The notes under the pieces: model-generated
The model's database searches: none
Seen by the model: the letters and a program-made list of their open reading frames with translations, nothing else
Told to the model about the DNA's origin: nothing
Shown: positions 30,689 through 40,519 of the stretch, one piece after another
Layout: the number at the start of each line of letters is the position of its first letter
Position numbering within the stretch: the stretch's first letter is position 1
Translations under genes and position numbers: made by a program
Assembly: GCA_039024555.1 (NCBI GenBank)
Contig: JBCCQQ010000025.1
Span: forward strand, 1-64,000
DNA: 64,000 nt
DNA from: Cyanobacteria bacterium P01_D01_bin.156
GTDB lineage: Bacteria > Cyanobacteriota > Cyanobacteriia > Phormidesmidales > Phormidesmidaceae
Direction of reading: 5' to 3'

Positions 30689-32008
30689 CTAAGCAACATG
30701 AAATTTCAATTGCCCAATACGAAGCCAATCGCCAGCTGTTTCACCTAAGCTAATGAGAAATACTTGATAATTACCGGTATCTACTAATTCACAAGTAATT
30801 TCAGTAACGTTATTGGTGAGCTGGCTATCACAAATTTTCTCGGTGGGTTCTTCTTCCGTTGACCAATCCCAAATAGAAAAGTCATCACGCGCCTCTTTTC
30901 GTGTAAATGCAACAACTCTTCGTTGATAGTCCAATGGCTGTTTGACTTGAATCTTCCCAACTTGTTCTACTTCTGTTGTATAAACGCCAGGAGAGACTAA
31001 CTCTAGTCCTTCCACAAAAAAGTCTGGCAACAAGAGAGGTGATTGTTCAAAAGTCTGTTTGTTTTTCTGTTGGTCCAGCAATTGCCAAGCGGATAATGTG
31101 GGCAGATGACTAGAAATCATTACATTAGCGGGTGGCATCAAATAGTTCGATCTGTATTTGCGATCGCTATCATCCCAAGTAGTATCCACCAGCTGCCAGT
31201 GATCGTCTAGTTTGACCGCATTCCAAGCATGTAGTGTCCAATCATACTGGGGAGAAGCCGCCCGGTACAGTTTAGGAATCACATCAATGGGGGCCAGATC
31301 ACGCCGCACATCGCCAGTAATGTAGGCCACCTCCAGCCCAACCGCCTGGCCTAATGCCTGAAATAGCTTTGAATATCCCTCACAGACAGCCTTTTGCGCA
31401 ACAAAAACATTCTCTGCCTCTTGGGATGGTCGTCGTCCAGTCGTGAGCACATCACGATCGTAGCTGAGATGCTGAATTACATAATCATGGACGGCTTTAA
31501 CCTGCTGCTGTGGGTCTGTCTCAGACTGAGTAATATATTGAGCAACACTCGCGATACTTGTCTCTGCATCAGCGGGTATGGTTTTAATAGCAGGATGAAG
31601 TTGTTGCTCAGCTGGCCACGGCCAGTTGGTCGTTATGGTTTCTGACTGAGGTAGTGGGTTGTGGGCTAAACGAACGTATAAGTTACCAACAGGTGCATTG
31701 AGCAAGTTAGGGTTGGCGCGATAGACCAATGCCAACGCGAGTAAACTAAAGCCAAAACAGTAGCGCAACCTTTTCTTAGATAGCCAAACGACGTTAGGAC
31801 GGCGACGCTGATATATTAGACCTGCGATCGCAACGCCCCCTACCAGCAACAACCCGATGGCTGGAGCAATATAAACCGCATAGGCAAGCGCTAACCCCAA
31901 ACCAACTAACATTAAAGGCTTGACTACTTTCAGAAGCTTTTGCCTTTTTTGTTGGCGTTGCCGCTTACGCAATTCTGTTAAAAATCGAGTTTCTAGATTA
32001 TTAGACAT
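30689..32008 (-). CDS. Membrane-anchored transglutaminase-like (CYK3-type) protein
   Basis: N-terminal TMs; AVCEGYS, HAWNAV, LVDTTWD (Cys-His-Asp triad). Confidence 0.88.
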   Translation of the reverse strand: MSNNLETRFLTELRKRQRQQKRQKLLKVVKPLMLVGLGLALAYAVYIAPAIGLLLVGGVAIAGLIYQRRRPNVVWLSKKRLRYCFGFSLLALALVYRANPNLLNAPVGNLYVRLAHNPLPQSETITTNWPWPAEQQLHPAIKTIPADAETSIASVAQYITQSETDPQQQVKAVHDYVIQHLSYDRDVLTTGRRPSQEAENVFVAQKAVCEGYSKLFQALGQAVGLEVAYITGDVRRDLAPIDVIPKLYRAASPQYDWTLHAWNAVKLDDHWQLVDTTWDDSDRKYRSNYLMPPANVMISSHLPTLSAWQLLDQQKNKQTFEQSPLLLPDFFVEGLELVSPGVYTTEVEQVGKIQVKQPLDYQRRVVAFTRKEARDDFSIWDWSTEEEPTEKICDSQLTNNVTEITCELVDTGNYQVFLISLGETAGDWLRIGQLKFHVA

Positions 32009-32136
32009 ACACGCCCTGAGACTTAGTCATCGCACTAGCAAAAGTAGCGCCAGTGATCTAGTGGTCACCGTCCTTTATTAGGATAGTGCGCAATAATTTA
32101 GAAAACCATTGCGCCTCTCTAGCCCTGCCCATATCC

Positions 32137-33039
32137 ATGCTACAAACTACAGCCACCCAAACTCATTTCTGGACCTGGCAAGGCTTTTCTATCCGTTATC
32201 AAACCAGTGGCACCCAAGGGCCACCGCTACTCCTTATCCATGGATTTGGAGCCCACAGCGACCACTGGCGCAAAAATCTTCCTGACCTGGGTCAACACCA
32301 TCGTGTGTATGCTATTGACCTCATCGGTTACGGACAATCGGCCAAACCCACTCCTGGGCAGCCGCTCACCTACAGCTTCGAAACGTGGGGTCAACAGGTG
32401 ATCGACTTTTGTCAGGAAATTATTGGCGAGCCTGTTTTTCTAGTGGGCAACTCTATCGGCTGTATTGTCGCCATGCAGGCCGCTACCATGGCTCCAGATC
32501 ACGTCATGGGGCTAGTCGTTCTAGACTGTTCCCTACGTCTATTACACGATCGTAAACGGGCCACATTGCCCTGGTATCGCAGTGCACCCACGCCCTTGAT
32601 TCAAGCCATCCTCAACTACAAGCCTGTGGGCAATTTCTTTTTCTCACGTCTGGCAAAACCTAAAACTCTTAAAAATATTCTGCGACAGGCCTATGGCCGT
32701 AAAGCTGAAGTCACTGACGAGCTGATTGAACTTTTACTAGCGCCTGCGCGTGATCCAGCTGCAGTAGATGTCTTTGTCGCTTTTATCAGCTACTCCCAAG
32801 GCCCCTTACCAGAAGACTTACTGCCACAGCTAACCTGCCCAGTATTGATGCTGTGGGGAGATGCCGACCCGTGGGAACCCATCGAGTTAGGACGGGAACT
32901 CAGTCACTACGATGTCGTCGAACAGTTTATATCACTCTCCGGAGTGGGCCATTGCCCCCAGGATGAAGCACCCGAGCTAGTCAATCCATTGATTACTGAA
33001 TGGGTGCAGCGGAAGGCGGCTACCAACCTAGCACCATAG
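32137..33039 (+). CDS. Alpha/beta-fold hydrolase
   Basis: LLIHGFGA, DLIGYG, GNSIG nucleophile elbow, GHCPQDE. Confidence 0.92.
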   Translation: MLQTTATQTHFWTWQGFSIRYQTSGTQGPPLLLIHGFGAHSDHWRKNLPDLGQHHRVYAIDLIGYGQSAKPTPGQPLTYSFETWGQQVIDFCQEIIGEPVFLVGNSIGCIVAMQAATMAPDHVMGLVVLDCSLRLLHDRKRATLPWYRSAPTPLIQAILNYKPVGNFFFSRLAKPKTLKNILRQAYGRKAEVTDELIELLLAPARDPAAVDVFVAFISYSQGPLPEDLLPQLTCPVLMLWGDADPWEPIELGRELSHYDVVEQFISLSGVGHCPQDEAPELVNPLITEWVQRKAATNLAP

Positions 33040-33401
33040 GCTGTGTAAACCGCTTTCCACCCTGCGCTTTACATGAGTTGGGACTATCGTTTCAGTCTCT
33101 AGGTCGGCAAGGCTAGATTAAGTTTCCTTATTCGCAAAGTCTGCAAAGACTACTTTATTCAGACGGTTCCAGCCGTACACTGACTGACAAAATGCGACCC
33201 TCTGGTCATCAATTTCTTTGCAGTCAGTACCTTGAGCCGCGTTTTCGTCATAGATTTCCAAGGCAGCTTTTTCAGCTACTGACAATAGTGGGTAATAAAC
33301 ACAATCAAGGTGAGGGTGATATTGCAATCCTCATAAGCCCCTGCCCCTGCCCACGGTCCGCCTCAAAATGCGATAATGATTAAATCGTCTGTAGTTTTCC
33401 C

Positions 33402-34892
33402 ATGTCGCCTAAACGGGTTGTTTTATCGATTTTGACGGGCCTTGTAGCGCTGGTTGTGGCCTCTTCTTTATATGAAAGTTTCTCCCAGCCCCAGGTGACG
33501 GGACAGCTCCAGCTTTACCAAAGCAATTTACTGCTGCAGGCGTCTGAGTGGGACGAATTAGAAAGCACTGAATTTAAGCAATTGGGAACAGCACTGCTGG
33601 GAGCTAAACCCTTAGCAGCCGTCACCAAACAATATGAATCGGTGCGTAAAGAAGCGGTGGCCGGAGTGGCGCGATCGCAAAAACAACTCAAGACCCAAGA
33701 CGATATTCCTGATACTAAAACAGCACAGCTAAACAAAGCAATTAACCAACAGCAGCAGCTCATTGACGATATTGATCTCAAGCTAGGAATTATCGCTACA
33801 CAACAAAATAATATTGATGGTGCTCAGCAACGTTGGCAGACAATCGCTAACGAAGAGCGTAGTTCGACAGACTTAGCCAACATACTGTTAGGATTGTGGG
33901 CCAGCCCTCCAACCATTACCCCTACAGCTGAATCAACCATCAGCGAGCAGCTCAACGGCTGGTTTCAATATCGAGTATTAGAACAGCTTTATAGCTTGGA
34001 CAATCGTTCTATAGACCTGACAAAACTCAATGGACAAGAGCAAACCGCCGCTCAATCTCAGCTGGTTAAACTAGCCGCCGTTGGCACTATGCCTGTATTG
34101 GGCTGCATTATCGGGGTTGGGGTCCTGATTTTTCTGGGTGTGCAGTGGTTTACGCAACGAGATAAATCTCTGATTGGCCAAGCCAGTGCACCCTGGGAAG
34201 TCCCCTGGGATGGCGAAATTATTTGGCAGGTATTGATTGTAGGTTTTTTCTTCGTAGGGCAGCTGTTACTACCATTTTTGCTGCAGCTATCGGGCTTAAG
34301 CTTTTCAGCTAGCAGCAGCCGTGGTCGTGCCCTCTACTCTATGATCTTTTATTTACTGATGTCCGCCAGTGGCATTGCTGTACTTGTGGGTTCCATTTGG
34401 TCTTTTCGCCCTTTGCCAAAAGGATGGTTCCAAGTAAAGCTGTTAGACCGCTGGCCACTATGGGGGGCGGGCGGATATTTGGTCGCGCTGCCATTAATGA
34501 TTGCGATCTCAGCCCTGAATCAACAAATTTGGCAAGGGCAGGGAGGCAATAACCCCCTGCTTCAGACAGTTTTACAGGAGAACGATACTGTTGCGCTCCT
34601 ACTGTTTTTCTTAACCGCTGCTGTGGCCGCTCCGTTATTTGAAGAGATTCTATTTCGGGGATTTTTACTCCCTTCTCTCACCCGCTATATGCCTGTCTGG
34701 GGAGCTATTCTGCTAAGCAGTTTTATTTTTGCAGCAGCCCATTTAAGCCTATCGGAAGTAATACCGCTGACATTATTAGGTGCAATTCTAGCTTGGGTCT
34801 ACACGCGATCGCGCAATCTACTCTCACCTATGTTGATCCATAGCCTGTGGAACAGTGCAACGCTTGTAGGACTGTTCTTGTTGGGTAGTTAA
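33402..34892 (+). CDS. CPBP/Abi family intramembrane metalloprotease
   Basis: APLFEEILFRG, FAAAH, HSLWN. Confidence 0.92.
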   Translation: MSPKRVVLSILTGLVALVVASSLYESFSQPQVTGQLQLYQSNLLLQASEWDELESTEFKQLGTALLGAKPLAAVTKQYESVRKEAVAGVARSQKQLKTQDDIPDTKTAQLNKAINQQQQLIDDIDLKLGIIATQQNNIDGAQQRWQTIANEERSSTDLANILLGLWASPPTITPTAESTISEQLNGWFQYRVLEQLYSLDNRSIDLTKLNGQEQTAAQSQLVKLAAVGTMPVLGCIIGVGVLIFLGVQWFTQRDKSLIGQASAPWEVPWDGEIIWQVLIVGFFFVGQLLLPFLLQLSGLSFSASSSRGRALYSMIFYLLMSASGIAVLVGSIWSFRPLPKGWFQVKLLDRWPLWGAGGYLVALPLMIAISALNQQIWQGQGGNNPLLQTVLQENDTVALLLFFLTAAVAAPLFEEILFRGFLLPSLTRYMPVWGAILLSSFIFAAAHLSLSEVIPLTLLGAILAWVYTRSRNLLSPMLIHSLWNSATLVGLFLLGS

Positions 34893-35254
34893 TCTCTTTC
34901 TGTTGATCAAGATAGGCGTTGCTGATTTTCAGAATAGTTAGTGTTTCCCAAGCCTGTGTTTTAGAAGATTGTATGAAGCTTTCATTCTCTAAGTCGGTAA
35001 GCCTATGAAATAGGCTGTCTTCTAGGCCGGCTCAATCACACCACAACGCTTTCAGGTAATTCTCAGCTAGTCTTCATTTCCGTTACAAAGTTCTCAGTCA
35101 TTTCTCAAATCTAGCTCAGCGCAAAATTACGAGCCACCTCAACAATTCTTACGAGGGGGTGGCTTGTTGCGTCGGGCATCTCTGGGCATCTCTTTATTTG
35201 AGAGTGTCCGGGCGATCGGCCCACTGATTTTCACTGAAGTCTTATCACTTATAT

Positions 35255-36109
35255 ATGAATAAGTTTTCTGTTTGTTCCCATCGTGTAGCTCTGGGTGCTG
35301 CCATGACGTTGGGAACTGTAATGGCAATGGCGACGGCAGCATCGGCTGCTACGCTGCGGGTGACTGTCGATAACCTGGCACCCACCAACGGTAGTCTGCT
35401 TACTCCGGCTTGGGTGGGCTTCCACGATGGGAGCTTTGACTTGTACAACCTGGGTGAATCCCTAGATGCGTTTCCCGGCGTTGAGGAACTGGTAGAAGAT
35501 GGTAACAATGCACCTCTAACAGAAGCATTTGCAGCAAGTAACCCCACCGGGGTTCAAGGTACGTTATCGAGTGAAGGACCACCGCCGCTAGAAGTGGGCG
35601 AGTCTACCAGCTTTTTGTTTGAAGTCGATTCTAGTAATCGCTATTTTAGCTATGCATCAATGGTGCTGCCTAGTAATGATGCATTTATTGCTAACGGTAA
35701 TCAGCTGGCCCATGAGATTTTTGACGATGCCGGTAATTTCCTAGGAGCCGACTTTATCGTCTTTGGTTCTGAAGTCAATGATGGCGGGACTGAAGTCAAT
35801 GATGAACTTGCGTCTAGTACAGCTTTCTTAGGGCAGGCCGCTCCCAACACGGGTACTGAGGAAAATGGTGTGGTCACTCTGCACCCTGGATTTATTCCTG
35901 GCGGACGTATCTTAAGTACAACAGATTCCAGTCCGTTTAATGGGTTACCTCTAAACTTCACTGGTGCTGACTTTACTGCACCTGACTATCAGGTGGCTCG
36001 TTTCCGGGTGGAGCTTGTGGAAGATGTTCCTGAACCTGGTACTATTTTTGGCCTTCTGGCAGTCGGTGGGATGGTTGTAGCTAACCGTAAGCGCAAGCAG
36101 ACTGCTTAA
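35255..36109 (+). CDS. Spondin-domain PEP-CTERM surface protein
   Basis: Signal peptide; TP.WVGFHDG, SYASMVLPSNDAF, DGGTEVN; C-terminal VPEP-TM-RKRK. Confidence 0.88.
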   Translation: MNKFSVCSHRVALGAAMTLGTVMAMATAASAATLRVTVDNLAPTNGSLLTPAWVGFHDGSFDLYNLGESLDAFPGVEELVEDGNNAPLTEAFAASNPTGVQGTLSSEGPPPLEVGESTSFLFEVDSSNRYFSYASMVLPSNDAFIANGNQLAHEIFDDAGNFLGADFIVFGSEVNDGGTEVNDELASSTAFLGQAAPNTGTEENGVVTLHPGFIPGGRILSTTDSSPFNGLPLNFTGADFTAPDYQVARFRVELVEDVPEPGTIFGLLAVGGMVVANRKRKQTA

Positions 36110-36161
36110 CAAGCGCTACTTAAATACGGCAAAAACTCAAGCCAAACTGAACATATTTTAG

Positions 36162-36186
36162 AGAGAACCTAGGTTCTCTTTTTTTT
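36162..36186 (+). terminator. Intrinsic terminator after the spondin gene
   Basis: AGAGAACC-TA-GGTTCTCT followed by a T-run. Confidence 0.7.
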
Positions 36187-36447
36187 ATTGCTGGTTTGCA
36201 ACAGAGTATCGGAAGAGATTTCATACCAACTAACGTAATGCTTGTTAGCTGACTTGGAGCATCCCATCAAACCGAGAAGTTGAGGCCAAGACTGAATTCG
36301 GGATCCTAAATTTGAAAGTCACAAAGGGAGGGCATTCCGAACTCCGCATTCAGAATTCCGAACTCTAAATTTCTGAAACAATCATCCCATATTGCCTGGG
36401 TACTCGTCACTGACGTCAATAGCTGAGTAACTACTCATTTGATTTTG

Positions 36448-36472
36448 CATCCACTCTAGCCCGACAGCCGTA
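36448..36472 (+). promoter_or_regulatory. Putative ECF (SigK-like) autoregulatory promoter
   Basis: CATCC-N15-CCGTA, ending 6 nt before the sigma ATG (36479). Confidence 0.55.
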
Positions 36473-36478
36473 TAGCTA

Positions 36479-37090
36479 ATGAACCTGATTAATGGCGTTG
36501 TGACTCAGGCATTAGATGAAACAACTGTGATAGAGCATGAAGCCGATGGGGCTGTAGTGGCTCGGCTATGGGAAGGGGATGTGTCCGCCCTGGGCATTCT
36601 CTATGATCGTTATGGAAATCTGGTGTATGGTGTTGCGCTCAAGGGGTTACGACGCGTGACTGAAGCGGAAGATTTAACTCAGGAGATATTTCTGAGTTTG
36701 ATGCGCACACGGTCTTACAATCCTCGTCGTGGTTCTCTAGCAGGCTATTTGACTACTCTAACGCGATCGCGAGTCATTGATCGTTTAAGGGCTCAGTCTA
36801 CTCAGCACAAGTATTTAAAGCGATGGCAACAGCGGCAATCTACTCTTGATGAAATCACGCCCATGAAACATGTTACTCAGCAGGAACATCGAACTTTGGT
36901 GCGTCAGGCGCTGACAACCCTCAAAACGCAACAGCGACAGGTTTTGGAACTGAGCTACTACGAAGGACAATCGCAGCGCGATATTGCTGCAAACCTGGGA
37001 GTCCCTTTAGGAACAGTGAAAAGCTGGGCCAGACGTGGATTAGTACAGCTACGCAAACAACTGGATGTGCTACGGGAGGATTTGTCATGA
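36479..37090 (+). CDS. ECF RNA polymerase sigma factor
   Basis: LYDRYG, AEDLTQEIF, RSRVIDRLR, LSYYEG.SQ..IA..LGVPLGTVKS. Confidence 0.93.
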   Translation: MNLINGVVTQALDETTVIEHEADGAVVARLWEGDVSALGILYDRYGNLVYGVALKGLRRVTEAEDLTQEIFLSLMRTRSYNPRRGSLAGYLTTLTRSRVIDRLRAQSTQHKYLKRWQQRQSTLDEITPMKHVTQQEHRTLVRQALTTLKTQQRQVLELSYYEGQSQRDIAANLGVPLGTVKSWARRGLVQLRKQLDVLREDLS

Positions 37091-37944
37091 CAACACCCAT
37101 GTCTCCTCAAGAGATACAGGAGCTTGCAGCCGGGTATGTACTAGGCGATTTAACCTCAGCTGAGGCCGCAACCTTCAAAACCTTGCTCGCCACCATGCCA
37201 GAACTGCAGACAGAGGTTGCTGCCCTACAGGAAGCTCTGGCCATGATGCCTTATGGATTAGACGAGGTGAAGCCAGGTGGGGCATTGCGATCGCAAATTC
37301 TATCAACCGCTCAAGTTGAACTATCTCCAGTCTTGCCACGTGTTTCTAAAGCACCCGGGGCAGCACCCCGACGCCCCCGGGCGATCAGCACTGTAGCAGC
37401 AGGACTGGCTCTTATATGTGGTCTGACCGCTCTATACCTCAACAGCCAAATGCGCCTATTACAGGCGCAGCGACCTCTTCAACCAGGGGTAAGCACCAGC
37501 TTCCAACAACCCTGGTCTGGGCTGAGCCAAATCTTAGACGACCACCGGCGCTCCATGAGTAATCCTGAAGGTCCGGTAGACTTTGTTGTACAACAGCCAG
37601 CCGATATCCTGAACCTGCTGAAAGGCTTTCATACAACCGTTGCAGCTCTACCCTTGATTCCTTCAAAGCAGGGAATGTTGTTAGGGGGCAGTAACTGTCA
37701 GCTAGGCGATACCCCAGGGCTACGTCTAACCTACCAACTAAACACGAATCAAACTCTCTCCGCCTATCAGCTAGCCTTAGAAGCTGAGGAGTTTCCTGAA
37801 TTTCAGTCTGCACAACTCACATTACAACAACCTGATGGTACTGGCGTTGTTCTTTGGCGTGATGACAGTTATCTCTATGCTCTGGTGGCAGAGATACCGA
37901 CTGCTGAGCTGCAAAGCTTAGCCTATGCCATTACTGGCACATAA
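37087..37944 (+). CDS. Transmembrane anti-sigma factor (RskA-like N-terminus)
   Basis: ATGA overlap with the sigma gene; ELAAGYVLGDL...E N-terminal domain, one TM segment, periplasmic domain. Confidence 0.85.
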   Translation: MTTPMSPQEIQELAAGYVLGDLTSAEAATFKTLLATMPELQTEVAALQEALAMMPYGLDEVKPGGALRSQILSTAQVELSPVLPRVSKAPGAAPRRPRAISTVAAGLALICGLTALYLNSQMRLLQAQRPLQPGVSTSFQQPWSGLSQILDDHRRSMSNPEGPVDFVVQQPADILNLLKGFHTTVAALPLIPSKQGMLLGGSNCQLGDTPGLRLTYQLNTNQTLSAYQLALEAEEFPEFQSAQLTLQQPDGTGVVLWRDDSYLYALVAEIPTAELQSLAYAITGT

Positions 37945-37968
37945 TTCATTCACAAACACTTATTACAA

Positions 37969-38844
37969 ATGGCACGTAAACATAAACAACCTACGACTTG
38001 GCTCCATCGTTATTCTCGTCACATTATCACTGGTATTTCTGCCGCTGGTTTGTTGTTAGCCATTGGCTGTGTGACAAAAGGCAATAGTGCTTTGGCCAGT
38101 AGTGCCTATGTTCAACTGGGAGGACTGTCACTACCCCTATTGGGTGCAATCTCATATTTGCTCATGGGTAGTCTGGCCATTGGTCCTGTACTTGCCAAAA
38201 AGAAGTCTCTTGAAAGTCCCACCTGGCTAGGGTTATTCATTGGCAGTACCGCTATGACCATTTTTAGCGGATACCTCCTGTACATTATGTTTGCCGTATT
38301 GCAGGAACCATGCTTTATCTGCATACTATCTGCTGGTCTTGCCTTAAGTCTGTGGGTCATCACTCTCATGGGCAACCAATGGGAAAGTCTTGGGCAACTA
38401 CTATTGCCAGGTATTGGTGTTGCCTTGGCAGCCGTTATTGCGACTTCAGGATTGTATGCCTATGCTCAAAATCCTGAAACATTTACCGCCGGCAATCCTC
38501 CACCTGTTGTAGAGACCGAATCCAGTATTTCAGAAATTGAACTGGCTAAGCACCTAAACGCTATAGGTGCCAAAAAATATGGTGCCTGGTGGTGCCCCCA
38601 CTGTCACGCCCAACAAACTCTCTTTGGCAAGCAAGCATTTAAGCACATTAGCTATGTAGAGTGCGACGAAGAAGGTATTGAGCCCAACCCTAATGCTTGC
38701 CGCGCTGCGGGTGTACAAAGCTATCCCACCTGGGAAATCAATGGCAAAACATATGCTGGCGTGCAATCCTTACAATCACTAGCAGCGGTTTCAGGCTACA
38801 CGGGGCCTCAAAAGTTTGTCCATCAGTCATCAGAACATCAGTAG
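37969..38844 (+). CDS. VKOR-thioredoxin fusion (atypical loop)
   Basis: VKOR TM domain with CFIC; Trx domain YGAWWCPHC..Q..LFG, YVEC, C...GV.SYPTWEING. Confidence 0.88.
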   Translation: MARKHKQPTTWLHRYSRHIITGISAAGLLLAIGCVTKGNSALASSAYVQLGGLSLPLLGAISYLLMGSLAIGPVLAKKKSLESPTWLGLFIGSTAMTIFSGYLLYIMFAVLQEPCFICILSAGLALSLWVITLMGNQWESLGQLLLPGIGVALAAVIATSGLYAYAQNPETFTAGNPPPVVETESSISEIELAKHLNAIGAKKYGAWWCPHCHAQQTLFGKQAFKHISYVECDEEGIEPNPNACRAAGVQSYPTWEINGKTYAGVQSLQSLAAVSGYTGPQKFVHQSSEHQ

Positions 38845-39009
38845 GTAGCCCATCTTCCCTCTGTTTTCCAGACTGTTTGCACTATTCATGAGGAATATTT
38901 CACACAGCTATTCCTTGCCCTGACGTCATAGGGGTAGATGTGTATGTATTAACAGCAATCCGACCCCAGCAATGGGAGTCGGGTTTAATCTGTGATTTTC
39001 AGTAACTTC

Positions 39010-39777
39010 ATGCGTTGCCCCCAGTGCAAACATCCTTCGGTCCAAAAATGCGAAACCAAGTTTAAGATCTTTCCACCCTATCAATGCCAGAAGTGTCAGC
39101 GCATTTTTTACCCATCCGTAAAACGTACTAGGCAGTGGATATTGGGAATCGTGGTGGTGGCGGGGCTATCTCCCTGGTGGGTCAACTGGACACTGCGTCT
39201 CCTGACTACGCAGTCAGACAATGGTGAGCCCGTAGATGCCATCGTTGTTCTAGGCCGTGGAAACGGCTATAACCAGCGTCGAGCAGAAGCCGCTGTCAAG
39301 CTATGGCAAGACGGTCGTGCCCCCTACATTTTTATGAGTGGTGCCAGAGATGCCCCCATCCTAGTCAATATAGCCAAGGAAATGGGCGTACCAGATGCTA
39401 ATGTTGGCGGCGAAGCCTGTGCCGCCACTACATGGGACAATGCATTCTACACACAGCGATACATGCCATTAGAGAAAGCAGCCCTCTACAAACCTAAAAT
39501 TTTACTAGTCACTGATGGGCTGCACACTGGCCGCTCTACTCTGGTGTATCGCAATTTTGGGTTTGATGTGATTAACCATCCAGTCAAATTAGAGTTTTCA
39601 CAATGGCGCGAACATATCAAGCGTGAATTTCTGGCAATTATGTACTATGCCAAAACCAAGCAACTGTTACCTCCAAAACTGGAAGACTATAAACGTGCTG
39701 AAGTAATTGCAGAAAAGAGAGTTATCGATTGGCAATGCCTTGATATGGAGCAAGCTTTCGTACCTGACAATCGGTAA
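39010..39777 (+). CDS. YdcF/DUF218 protein with N-terminal zinc ribbon
   Basis: CPQC...YQCQKC.R.F; DAIVVLGRG, IFMSG, E.CA.TTWDNA, LVTD..H..R, RE. Confidence 0.82.
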   Translation: MRCPQCKHPSVQKCETKFKIFPPYQCQKCQRIFYPSVKRTRQWILGIVVVAGLSPWWVNWTLRLLTTQSDNGEPVDAIVVLGRGNGYNQRRAEAAVKLWQDGRAPYIFMSGARDAPILVNIAKEMGVPDANVGGEACAATTWDNAFYTQRYMPLEKAALYKPKILLVTDGLHTGRSTLVYRNFGFDVINHPVKLEFSQWREHIKREFLAIMYYAKTKQLLPPKLEDYKRAEVIAEKRVIDWQCLDMEQAFVPDNR

Positions 39778-39968
39778 ATGCGCACATGATTCACACTATC
39801 AAGCGAATGCTGAGGGCGAAAAAGATAGCAGCGATACTCACAGTCAACTGCTTCAGTAGTTCATCACAGTAACAAAGTTACAGTTACTGATTGAAGAGAG
39901 AGATAAATCCGCCTCTTCAAGGTAGAGGAATGACAGGCTATCAAACCATCAACAGATGGAGTAATTGT

Positions 39969-40127
39969 TCAACGCTTACGGGAAGACTTTCGGATGATAA
40001 TAATATCGCCATCTTGCTCTCCTGAATCCTTAGACCGCTTTTGATTAGGAGATTGGCTAGCGCCAACACCCTGCGTCATCAGGAATAGCAAGACAAAAGG
40101 CAATGAGATAAAGAGAATGGGAGGCAT
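39969..40127 (-). CDS. Putative 52-aa small protein, not in ORF track
   Basis: MPPILFISLPFVLLFLMTQGVGASQSPNQKRSKDSGEQDGDIIIIRKSSRKR*; hydrophobic N-terminus. Confidence 0.45.
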   Translation of the reverse strand: MPPILFISLPFVLLFLMTQGVGASQSPNQKRSKDSGEQDGDIIIIRKSSRKR

Positions 40128-40454
40128 GATTTGGATCTCTGATAAAACACCAGCAAATAAAACATTTGCTTAGCTGAAAGCCCAGGGAGCAGATTGACTG
40201 ACTCCCTTTAACCTCAATGTAGTACGTAATTAGATCTACCGAGACGGTAGCAGACAGTTATACAATTGGCCTAGAAATTTCAGTCAAACTACGTATGGCC
40301 TGATGAAGCGTGCAGACATTGTAGCTGAATAAGTATGAGCAAATCTTTCTTGTAACGATTGTATGGGTGATACACCCACTGCTGTCATTGAGCGCACAGA
40401 GTAGACAACGCTAAGCTTTTGGCATATCAACAAAATATTACTTTGAATCATAAA

Positions 40455-40496
40455 ACAGGTAGGCTGAGGTTGTTAGTCAAACCTCAGCCTACCTGT
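40455..40496 (-). terminator. 17-bp hairpin terminator after the PTOX-pentapeptide operon
   Basis: ACAGGTAGGCTGAGGTT...AACCTCAGCCTACCTGT with a T-run on the minus strand. Confidence 0.75.
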
Positions 40497-40519
40497 CAGT
40501 TATTGAGACAATACTCTCT

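Noticed and set aside
33118..33327. 69-aa TTG-start ORF between the hydrolase and CPBP genes
   Set aside because: No motif and a weak start; it cannot be supported without homology data.
35129..35215. Hairpins in the spondin gene leader as a possible riboswitch
   Set aside because: Stems are imperfect and no known aptamer consensus (e.g. c-di-GMP-I) was recognised; the evidence is too weak.
39869..40373. GTA...TAC palindromes resembling NtcA boxes (39869 and 40361)
   Set aside because: The spacer is 7 nt rather than the required 8.
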